Below, piece by piece: positions 56,505 to 64,000 of a stretch of 64,000 bases of DNA (the first letter of the stretch is position 1; each line of letters opens with the position of its first letter). The stretch is from positions 15,719-79,718 of the forward strand of contig CANLND010000011.1 in NCBI GenBank assembly GCA_947492585.1. Direction: 5' to 3'. The notes below the pieces were generated by a model. That model did no database searches, was not told the origin of the DNA, and saw nothing but the letters and a program-made list of their open reading frames with translations. This DNA is from an uncultured Rhodobacteraceae bacterium (GTDB lineage: Bacteria; Pseudomonadota; Alphaproteobacteria; Rhodobacterales; Rhodobacteraceae). Position numbers and translations under genes: made by a program.

Positions 56505-57481
56505 AAGTCAGACCAGTCTGCAATTCGTTTCATCGCCCGCACCAATTCCAAAGTGATTCCAGGCTCGGACAAAGCATGGCCCGCGTCACGCACCATCGCA
56601 AGCTCCCCGTTGGGCCACAGCTCATTCAAACGCCACGCCGAAGCCGGCGGGCAAATCATATCATACCGCCCTTGCACAATGATGCCCGGAATATGAGAGA
56701 TACGCCCCATGTTGGCCAATATCTGACCGTCGTAATCCAAAAAACCACCATTGCTAAAGTAATGACATTCTAAACGCGCAAAGGCCCGCGCATAGTCCCC
56801 CGGTGGCTCTACCGAAACGCCATTTGAAGAAATCGACGCCAGTGCGTTCTCCCAGGCAGACCACGCCTGCCCAAACCGTTTTTCCTCGGCTAAGTCGCCA
56901 GAAAATAATCGTTTGTGGTAGGCGCCAATCAAATCTGCGCGTTCGTTGTCTGGCACAGGGGCCACAAAACGCGCCCAGGCTTCCGGCCAGAACCGCCCTG
57001 CATCGCCACCGTAAAACCATTGCAGTTCCGAAGTTGTCATCAAAAACACCCCGCGCAACACAAGTGCCATCACACGATCCGGGTGCGTTTGCGCATAAAT
57101 CAGCGACAAGGTCGCCCCCCAACTGCCCCCAAAAACAATCCATCGATCGATGTTCAGGTGTTGGCGGATTTGCTCCATATCTTTGATCAGATGCCAGGTG
57201 GTGTTGTCGCTCACCTCAGCAAAGGGGCGGGAGCGGCCACAACCGCGCTGATCAAACAAGATGATGTGATAGACGTCGGGGTCGAAAAATCGCCGCATCG
57301 CCGGGCTGCATCCACCACCGGGACCACCGTGACACACCACGACAGGTATACCATCCGGGTTGCCCGATTGCTCAACATAAACCCGATGCCCCTGCCCCAC
57401 GTCCAACATGCACTGATCAAACGGGTTGATCGGTGGAAAAAGAAAATGCACTGCGCGCTTTTGGTCCGAGTATTTGTCCAT
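56501..57481 (-). CDS. pip: Proline iminopeptidase
   Basis: HGGPGGG, FDQRGCGRSRP, VFGGSWG, QGRYDMICP, AGH. Confidence 0.95.
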   Translation of the reverse strand: MDKYSDQKRAVHFLFPPINPFDQCMLDVGQGHRVYVEQSGNPDGIPVVVCHGGPGGGCSPAMRRFFDPDVYHIILFDQRGCGRSRPFAEVSDNTTWHLIKDMEQIRQHLNIDRWIVFGGSWGATLSLIYAQTHPDRVMALVLRGVFLMTTSELQWFYGGDAGRFWPEAWARFVAPVPDNERADLIGAYHKRLFSGDLAEEKRFGQAWSAWENALASISSNGVSVEPPGDYARAFARLECHYFSNGGFLDYDGQILANMGRISHIPGIIVQGRYDMICPPASAWRLNELWPNGELAMVRDAGHALSEPGITLELVRAMKRIADWSDL

Positions 57482-57530
57482 TACAGGCCTATATTAACAC
57501 TGAAACCTAAAAGAACATACGGAGACAGGA

Positions 57531-58280
57531 ATGCAAGCGCCTCAGTCCACGGTAGACCCGTCCGAGATCGCAAAATTTGAGGCCATGGCAGCCGAATGGT
57601 GGGATCCCAACGGCAAGTTCAAGCCCCTCCACATGCTGAACCCCTGTCGCCTGGATTATATCACACGTCAGATCGCCGCTGAATTTGACCGAGATCTGAC
57701 GGCATCAATGCCCTTTGAAGGCTTGCGTTTACTGGACATCGGCTGTGGCGGCGGATTGCTGAGTGAACCAATGGCGCGGCTTGGGGCGACGGTCATTGGC
57801 GCTGATGCCGCCGAGGGCAACCTGCCGGTGGCGCGTGTGCACGCTGAACAATCAGGCCTGACCATCGATTACCGACACACCACAGCCGAAGCATTGGCGG
57901 AGGCCGGTGAACAATTTGACGTGGTGCTGAATATGGAAGTGGTCGAACATGTGGCGGATCCGCTCAACTATCTGACCGCAACACGACAGCTGCTGAAACC
58001 CGGCGGGTTGCAGATTTGCTCAACCATCAATCGCAACCCCAAAAGCTTTGCCATGGCGATTGTCGGTGCAGAAGTGATCATGAGATGGCTGCCGCGTGGC
58101 ACCCATGAATGGGCCAAATTCATCACCCCCGATGAATTGTTTGACTTGCTGAACATGGCGGGCCTGACACCGGTGGATCGCAAAGGGTTTGTGTTTAATC
58201 CTTTGGGGTGGTCATGGTCGATTTCCGACAAAGATCTGAGCGTAAACTACGTAACAGCCAGCACCAAACCCCAATCGTGA
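57531..58280 (+). CDS. ubiG: Ubiquinone biosynthesis O-methyltransferase
   Basis: [49 protein letters not shown]. Confidence 0.96.
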   Translation: MQAPQSTVDPSEIAKFEAMAAEWWDPNGKFKPLHMLNPCRLDYITRQIAAEFDRDLTASMPFEGLRLLDIGCGGGLLSEPMARLGATVIGADAAEGNLPVARVHAEQSGLTIDYRHTTAEALAEAGEQFDVVLNMEVVEHVADPLNYLTATRQLLKPGGLQICSTINRNPKSFAMAIVGAEVIMRWLPRGTHEWAKFITPDELFDLLNMAGLTPVDRKGFVFNPLGWSWSISDKDLSVNYVTASTKPQS

Positions 58281-58489
58281 TTCGGCGCGCAGAGACGCAA
58301 CCATAAGAGCAATCAAATATCATCCGCGATCCTTATGGCAGAAATTCGCCACACTAACCTTTTGGATAGGTGAGCATCCTTCTGAACCGTTTCAAAATCC
58401 AGGAATAATTGCTACGGTTGTTTCATACCAGTACAGGACCCAATTAGGTCCACCACTCACACAGAACTAAAAAAGCAGCGTTTACGTTT

Positions 58490-58576
58490 TTGTTATGCGC
58501 CGTTTTACGGGATCAAAACACTCAAACCGATCCTTGGGGATGATGGGGAGGGCGTCCGGAAACGGGCGCCCTTTAT
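58490..58576 (+). ncRNA. Candidate small RNA ending in a GAAA-tetraloop hairpin
   Basis: Lies in a 353-bp gap between convergent genes. AGGGCGTCCG-GAAA-CGGGCGCCCT-TT pairs best on the plus strand; upstream GGATC/GATCC stem. The 5' end is a guess. Confidence 0.3.
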
Positions 58577-58633
58577 CTTATCGGTGTCGTTAAGGCGGGT
58601 CTTGGTCAAACGGTTCCACAAAAATAGAAACGT

Positions 58634-59080
58634 TTAGCTGTCTTGATCCAATTTCCCACGCAGCTCACGCAGAATGGGCAATGTCGCCCGAACCTTCTCT
58701 TGCCCCAGGTCGGTGACAACTTCTGAAATCAGCGGCACAATTTCAGCAAGAGCGGCATCGCGAGCGCGCCGACCAGCCGGACTGATCGCGACCATCTTGC
58801 GCCGTGCGTCATCCCAATCGGGACGGATGTGAACATGCCCGGCGACTTCCAGTTTGTTCAGAGTGTTGGTCATAGCACCGCGCGTCACGTGAAACAGTTT
58901 GGCCAATTGCGCCGGTGACCGTTCGACCCCTACGCCGACACCTGACAGATGGTTCAGCACAGAAAAATGTGACAGCTCCATTCCCTTGGGCAGCACTTTG
59001 CTGAGACGAGACCGCGCCAGCTGGTCCGCCATCAGGATTTCACTAAACAGTGAAACAGCAAGAGAATTGGTATCATCCAT
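58634..59080 (-). CDS. MarR family transcriptional regulator
   Basis: wHTH (SPAQLAKLFHVTRGAMTNTLNKLE) with wing DARRKMV; TGATG coupling to the nitrilase gene. Confidence 0.92.
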   Translation of the reverse strand: MDDTNSLAVSLFSEILMADQLARSRLSKVLPKGMELSHFSVLNHLSGVGVGVERSPAQLAKLFHVTRGAMTNTLNKLEVAGHVHIRPDWDDARRKMVAISPAGRRARDAALAEIVPLISEVVTDLGQEKVRATLPILRELRGKLDQDS

Positions 59081-59910
59081 CAGGGTCCGTCGAACTCACG
59101 ATCATGGGTCAGGGAAGGCACACGCCTGCGCGCTTCTTCTACCTTTTCCATGTTAAGATCAACGTAACTCACACCATTTGCTTCCCCAGCGTCCGACAAA
59201 ACCTCTCCCCAGGGGGACACAACAAGCGAATGACCATACGTCGTGCGCCCGCGCCCGGCTTGTGCGCCGTGTTGGCCGGTCTGAGCCGGCGCCAGAATAT
59301 AGCACCCGGTCTCAATCGCGCGCGCCTGCAACAACGCCTGCCAATGCGCGGCGCCCGTGACGGGTGAAAAGGCAGCTGGCACCGTAATGACCCCCGCCCC
59401 GTGATGGGCAAGATGACGGTACAAATGCCCAAACCGCACGTCGTAACAAATGGTCAGACCAATGTTGGCAAACCCCGCGTCCGCAACCACCGCCTGGGTG
59501 CCGGGGCGATAGCCATCCGATTCCCGATAGGTTTCCTCGGCGGATACAGCCACGTCAAACATGTGAATCTTGTCATACTGCGCGTGGATTTCACCGCTTG
59601 GAGCGATCAAAAATTGCCGATTTGCAAAACGGCCATCAGGATCATCAGTTTTCAAAGCCAATGACCCGATGGTCAACCAGATGCCATGCTGGCGCGCTGC
59701 ATCCTGCAGGACCGCCAACGTGGGATCGGTTTGCTGCAAATGCAGAACCTGTTGCTGATGGCGGCGACTGCTGGACAGACAGTTTGTCACCTCTGGGGTC
59801 AATACATAACCCGCACCCCCGGCGACGGCCTGCTGAATCATAGACACCGTCGTTTCGATATTTTCATCCGGCTGATCCGAAGAGGTCATCTGCAATAGCG
59901 CTGCACGCAT
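59080..59910 (-). CDS. Carbon-nitrogen hydrolase, Nit1/deaminated-glutathione amidase-like
   Basis: Glu-Lys-Cys triad motifs LTPEV, YDKIHMFDV, ICYDVRF; ARAIETGCY, GHSLVVSPWG. Confidence 0.92.
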   Translation of the reverse strand: MRAALLQMTSSDQPDENIETTVSMIQQAVAGGAGYVLTPEVTNCLSSSRRHQQQVLHLQQTDPTLAVLQDAARQHGIWLTIGSLALKTDDPDGRFANRQFLIAPSGEIHAQYDKIHMFDVAVSAEETYRESDGYRPGTQAVVADAGFANIGLTICYDVRFGHLYRHLAHHGAGVITVPAAFSPVTGAAHWQALLQARAIETGCYILAPAQTGQHGAQAGRGRTTYGHSLVVSPWGEVLSDAGEANGVSYVDLNMEKVEEARRRVPSLTHDREFDGP

Positions 59911-59925
59911 TATTTGCTCCGGCGG

Positions 59926-60183
59926 TTAGGCGGCGAGTAGAGAATCCAACTTGCCTTCACGTTCCAATTCATACAGATCATCGCAGCCCCCCACATGGGT
60001 TTTTCCAATAAAAATCTGTGGGACCGTCCGACCGCCGCTGGCGCGTTTAATCATCTCTTCTTTACGCTTGGGGCTGCGCAACACGTCCACCTCGGAAAAG
60101 GTCACGCCTTTTTGTTTTAGCAGGCGTTTGGCGGCATGGCAGTAGCCGCACAGGGGAGAGGTGTAGATTTCAACGGGTTTCAT
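59926..60183 (-). CDS. grxC: Glutaredoxin 3
   Basis: CGYC active site, TVPQIF, GGCDDL. Confidence 0.95.
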   Translation of the reverse strand: MKPVEIYTSPLCGYCHAAKRLLKQKGVTFSEVDVLRSPKRKEEMIKRASGGRTVPQIFIGKTHVGGCDDLYELEREGKLDSLLAA

Positions 60184-60265
60184 GTGCGGCTCCAGACAAG
60201 CAGAATTTCACTGCTGGGCAATCTGGGGCCATATTCACAAAAATTCTAGCCCAATCACGTTTAGT

Positions 60266-60994
60266 TCATCGGGGCATGACCCGCGCCAGCACCACTATTC
60301 GCACATCCGCAGCCCCCGCGCGCAAACAGGCATCACTACACGCAGTCAACGTCGCACCAGAGGTCATAACATCATCGATCAGCACCACAACACGCCCTGC
60401 CAAACGGGCCTTGTGGCGGGCACATACAGAAATTGCATTGCTCAACGTGCGAAATCTCTCGTCTCGCGATTTACGGTCCAGCGACGGAGTGTACCGAGTG
60501 CGCCGAAGAAGACCCGGCCAATACTCCAGCTCCGCGTGATCGGCAAAGGCACCGCCCAACAAGTCGGACTGATTGTATTTGCGGCGCAAAATGCGGCTCC
60601 AATGTAGGGGCACCGGAGCCACAATCGGCGCATCGCGTATCAACAGACCTGCCGCGCGGTGCATCCAGCCCGCAGCCGTACGCGCAACATCGGTGCGATC
60701 CCCGTGTTTCAACCCCAATACAAGCTCTTTGGCGCGGTCTTCGTACAAAAGAGCCGCCCGGCCCTGACTCCAGACGCGAGGCGTCGACATGCACTCGTCG
60801 CATTCCAACCGATGGCCATCGTCTTCGCCTTGCAATGGGCAGCCACAGCCTTCGCAAACCGTTCCGCCAATAAAATGCATATCCCGCCAGCAACTGCCAC
60901 ACAGACCAAACGCATCCCCGACAGATCCGTCACAGGACAGGCACTGCGGCGGGTAAATCAACGAAACGGTTGTTTGTATCTGCCTGCGCATCAT
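60266..60994 (-). CDS. comF: ComF family protein (zinc ribbon plus PRTase domain)
   Basis: CxxC pairs, PVPLH..R..RKYNQS, VLIDDVMTSGATL. Confidence 0.92.
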   Translation of the reverse strand: MMRRQIQTTVSLIYPPQCLSCDGSVGDAFGLCGSCWRDMHFIGGTVCEGCGCPLQGEDDGHRLECDECMSTPRVWSQGRAALLYEDRAKELVLGLKHGDRTDVARTAAGWMHRAAGLLIRDAPIVAPVPLHWSRILRRKYNQSDLLGGAFADHAELEYWPGLLRRTRYTPSLDRKSRDERFRTLSNAISVCARHKARLAGRVVVLIDDVMTSGATLTACSDACLRAGAADVRIVVLARVMPR

Positions 60995-61009
60995 TTTAAA
61001 CACTCAGTC

Positions 61010-61843
61010 ATGACCCAGACACCCCACACACAACCCCAACTATTCGATCGCGCCACACTCAAATCCTATCGTGCACGCGTCAAACCTACCGCGCTGTTTC
61101 TGCAAGAAATGGCCCGTGATGAGATTGAGGATCGCCTTACCATGGTTAATAGATCCTTTACGTCACCTGCGATTGTGACCGGGTTTGCCGAGATCTGGGC
61201 CGGTTTTAACCACGACGCAAAGATTGTCCCCGATGACGATGTGCTGAATCTACAACCCAGCGCGCATGATCTGGTGGTCCACGCCATGGGGTTACACTGG
61301 GCCAATGACCCGGTTGGACAGCTGATTCAATGCCGTCGTGCCCTCACCGAAGACGGGCTTTTGCTGGTGGTCATGCTGGGTGGGCGCACCCTGCACGAGT
61401 TGCGCGCTGTTTTGGCCCAGGCGGAAACTGCAGTGACGGGGGGGCTGTCGCCCCGCATTGCTCCGATGGGTGAAGTGCGAGATCTCGGCGGTCTGCTGCA
61501 ACGCGCAGGATTTGCCTTGCCTGTGGCCGATGTGGTCCCTGTTACGGCTGAATATCGCGATCTGACACATCTGATGCACGACCTGCGCGACATGGGCGAA
61601 ACCAATGCGCTGACGCAGCGATTAAAGCGCCCCACCCCACGCAAGCTGTTTGTCGAAGCCGATGCGCTATATCGCCGTCATTTCGCCAACGCAGCCAACC
61701 GCCTGCCGGCAACCTATGAATTGGTGTGCCTGACGGGCTGGTCTCCGTCACAGACGCAACAACAACCACTGCGGCCCGGTTCAGCAAAGATGCGGCTGGC
61801 TGACGCACTGAGCGTTCCAGAAACAAAACTGCCCAAGCAATAA
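61010..61843 (+). CDS. BioC/NDUFAF5-like SAM-dependent methyltransferase-fold protein
   Basis: LFDR, LHWANDPVG.L, GGRTLHELR, SPRIAPM, LLQRAGFALPVAD, LMHDLRDMGE, PLRPGSA. Start moved to ATG 61010. Confidence 0.88.
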   Translation: MTQTPHTQPQLFDRATLKSYRARVKPTALFLQEMARDEIEDRLTMVNRSFTSPAIVTGFAEIWAGFNHDAKIVPDDDVLNLQPSAHDLVVHAMGLHWANDPVGQLIQCRRALTEDGLLLVVMLGGRTLHELRAVLAQAETAVTGGLSPRIAPMGEVRDLGGLLQRAGFALPVADVVPVTAEYRDLTHLMHDLRDMGETNALTQRLKRPTPRKLFVEADALYRRHFANAANRLPATYELVCLTGWSPSQTQQQPLRPGSAKMRLADALSVPETKLPKQ

Positions 61844-61941
61844 TTTCACCTTATCCCTGCGCCAATATGTTGCAATTGGATTTCCCATCTCTACTTGCTT
61901 AGATCATCGCTGACCCAAGACGCATTTCAAAGGATTCCCCC

Positions 61942-63003
61942 ATGTCTGCAGACGTTAAGATCGCCCAATGCCCGGCTCATGCGCCCGCAGACCACCCGGC
62001 GATCAAACCTGAAAAAGTAGGCATCTTGCTGGCCAACTTGGGCACACCAGATGACTATTCCTATTGGCCGATGCGGCGCTATTTGAACGAGTTTCTGTCA
62101 GATCAAAGGGTTATCGATTACCCGAAATGGAAATGGCAACCGCTGTTGCAGCTGATCATCCTAACCAAACGACCGTTTTCATCGGGTGCTGCCTATAAAT
62201 CGATCTGGAATCACGACAAGGGCGAAAGCCCCTTGATGACCATCACCAAAGATCAGACCGCCAAATTGACCCGTGCATTAACTGAACGGTATGGCGACGA
62301 CGTGATGGTAGATTTTTGCATGCGCTACGGCAATCCATCGACCCAATCGAAGGTACGCCAGATGGTTGAGGCCGGCTGCACCAAAATTTTGTTTGTGCCG
62401 CTTTATCCGCAATATGCCGGTGCGACCTCTGGCACGGCCAATGATCAATTCTTTCGTGCCCTAACGAAGGAAACTCATCAACCGGCGGCCCGCACGATTG
62501 CTCCATATTTCGATCAACCCGCCTATATTGAAGCCCTCGCGCAATCAGTCGAGCGGGCCTATTCGGCGGCTGATAAACGCCCGGACATTCTGGTGGTTTC
62601 CTATCACGGCATGCCAAAACGCTATTTGATGCAAGGCGATCCTTATCACTGCCAGTGTCAGAAAACCACGCGCCTGCTGCGCGAGCGTCTGGGCTGGGAT
62701 CAGACTAAGTTGACCACCACCTTCCAATCAGTCTTTGGCCCCGAAGAATGGCTAAAACCCTATACTGTGGATCACGTGGCTGAATTGGCGCGGGACGGAA
62801 AGAAAAACATCGCTGTCGTCGCGCCAGCGTTTTCCGCCGATTGCATCGAAACGCTGGAAGAAATCAACGAAGAGATTCGCGAAAGCTTTGAGCATGCTGG
62901 CGGCGAGGACTTTTTGTATATTCCCTGTCTGAACGATGAACCCGCACATGTTGAGGCCCTGACAGGTGTGATTGCAGACAATCTAAAAGGCTGGCTCGAC
63001 TGA
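61942..63003 (+). CDS. hemH: Ferrochelatase
   Basis: LANLGTPD, SPL, MRYGNPS, PLYPQY, SYHG.P, FQS..GPEEWLKPYT, F.ADCIETLEEI, PCLND. Confidence 0.97.
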   Translation: MSADVKIAQCPAHAPADHPAIKPEKVGILLANLGTPDDYSYWPMRRYLNEFLSDQRVIDYPKWKWQPLLQLIILTKRPFSSGAAYKSIWNHDKGESPLMTITKDQTAKLTRALTERYGDDVMVDFCMRYGNPSTQSKVRQMVEAGCTKILFVPLYPQYAGATSGTANDQFFRALTKETHQPAARTIAPYFDQPAYIEALAQSVERAYSAADKRPDILVVSYHGMPKRYLMQGDPYHCQCQKTTRLLRERLGWDQTKLTTTFQSVFGPEEWLKPYTVDHVAELARDGKKNIAVVAPAFSADCIETLEEINEEIRESFEHAGGEDFLYIPCLNDEPAHVEALTGVIADNLKGWLD

Positions 63004-63036
63004 TCGCAGCGGCGCTTTGAACTTTAGAATGGCAAT

Positions 63037-63067
63037 AAAAAAGGCGGTGCTAATGCACCGCCTTTTT
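63037..63067. terminator. Bidirectional terminator between hemH and the small protein gene
   Basis: A6-GGCGGTGC-TAAT-GCACCGCC-T5. Confidence 0.88.
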
Positions 63068-63088
63068 CAATTTCCGTTGTAATCGAAC

Positions 63089-63271
63089 TTAGTTCGATGC
63101 AACAGCCGCGCCAACAATAACCAGCAGCAGCAGCGGCAGCAGGATGCCCGAAGACGAACCTTCAGCAGCTTCTACGATAACCGGTGCTTCTACGATCGGC
63201 TCAGCCAAACCACCAGCAAATGCAGTCGAAGCAGCGACGGTCAGGGCAGCGGCGAGAACGAGTTTTTTCAT
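63089..63271 (-). CDS. Small 60-aa protein: signal peptide, Glu/Pro/Ala linker, C-terminal TM helix
   Basis: MKKLVLAAALTVAASTAFA|GGLAEPIVEAPVIVEAAEGSSSGILLPLLLLVIVGAAVASN; RBS GGAGG. Confidence 0.85.
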   Translation of the reverse strand: MKKLVLAAALTVAASTAFAGGLAEPIVEAPVIVEAAEGSSSGILLPLLLLVIVGAAVASN

Positions 63272-63404
63272 ATTAACCTCCAGAAAAAAGCGCACAGCTC
63301 AGCTGTACACACGCAAGACTTACCTCGTGATTTTTTCTAACCAGCTTAGATAAGAAATTGCAATCAATAGTGGGGGGTTGCAGGCGGCTATCGGCCGAGC
63401 ATCG

Positions 63405-64000
63405 TCAAATTAGCAACACTTGAGTGCCCACTTTTGCCAAGCCAAACAACTGCGCGATATGCTCGTTGTACAGCCCCACACAGCCGTTGGACGAACGACG
63501 CCCAATCTTGCGGGTATCATGGGTTCCGTGGATCCGATAATACTGCCAGCTTAGGTACAATGCGTGCGTTCCCAACGGGTTATCTGGACCTGCAGGAATA
63601 AACGCAGGCCATTCTGGATTTCGTTTGCGCATATTTGGCGTGGGCGCCCAGCTGGGGCCTTCGACTTTACGGATCACCTTGGTGCGGCCACGGCGGGTCA
63701 GATCGTCCGACAAAGGCACCGACGAGGGGAATAATTTGTAGATTTCCCCATTTTCGGACCAGTAGTGCAAAGCACGGCTGTCAATATCGACAAGAATCGC
63801 CCCATTGTTCAGCGTATCAAAATAGGGACGCCAGTCTTTCGAGCGAAACGCCGAAATATTGCGTTTGACCGGTGCCTCGGGTTCAGGCGGAGGCCGCAAC
63901 GGGTCATAGGCTGGGGCTTGGGGCTCGGCCGCTTGCTGGGCCAGCGCGGGAGCGGCGGCAAAAGCAGCCGCTGAGGTCATGAAAAGCCGCCGAGACGGGT
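63405..64000 (-). CDS. L,D-transpeptidase (YkuD/ErfK), 5' end outside the window
   Basis: ILVDIDSRAL, W.P, GPDNPLG..ALYL, RIHGT..IGRRSSNGCV. The frame stays open past 63980 and shows Tat motif SRRLFM. Confidence 0.93.
   Translation of the reverse strand, partial: PSRRLFMTSAAAFAAAPALAQQAAEPQAPAYDPLRPPPEPEAPVKRNISAFRSKDWRPYFDTLNNGAILVDIDSRALHYWSENGEIYKLFPSSVPLSDDLTRRGRTKVIRKVEGPSWAPTPNMRKRNPEWPAFIPAGPDNPLGTHALYLSWQYYRIHGTHDTRKIGRRSSNGCVGLYNEHIAQLFGLAKVGTQVLLI

Noticed and set aside
58335-58593. Short ORFs of 12 and 32 codons in the ubiG-marR gap
   Set aside because: They lack a clear RBS, have atypical codon usage, and the longer one runs through the terminator-like hairpin.

Overview
This is a core-genome stretch of a GC-rich Roseobacter-group (Rhodobacteraceae) alphaproteobacterium; the taxon is inferred from gene order and protein families. 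It holds about 60 protein genes and two tandem tRNA-Leu(CAG). I found no CRISPR array, integrase, transposase or prophage. The recognisable blocks are ade-amn-HU, msrB-msrA, mtgA-fzlA-queG, gltD-gltB, rnd-lptCAB, hpf-ptsN (with no rpoN), a surface-glycan locus, dnaK-dnaJ-radC, secA, a PPIase-argJ-mutT unit, rimP-nusA-ylxR-infB, pip/ubiG, comF-grxC-nit-marR, hemH and a partial L,D-transpeptidase. The best candidate for an undescribed system is the glycan locus at 26.5-35.8 kb (cysQ, galU, galE, two GT2 paralogs, a GT14, a two-domain sulfotransferase and a divergent KpsM-like permease). By eye, the C-terminal part of the GT14 aligns end to end with the NodH/Stf0-like domain of the next gene but lacks its PAPS-binding motifs. 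That suggests a glycosyltransferase-pseudo-sulfotransferase fusion paired with an active sulfotransferase. Other leads are a YceI-cytochrome c fusion, a PBP-OmpA protein with a membrane-anchored partner, an acyl-CoA ligase lacking its catalytic His, an A8-tract frameshift in a small membrane-protein gene, a 40-aa ORF missed by the ORF track, a rimP leader attenuator and a candidate sRNA. All assignments come from reading motifs by eye; no database searches were run.
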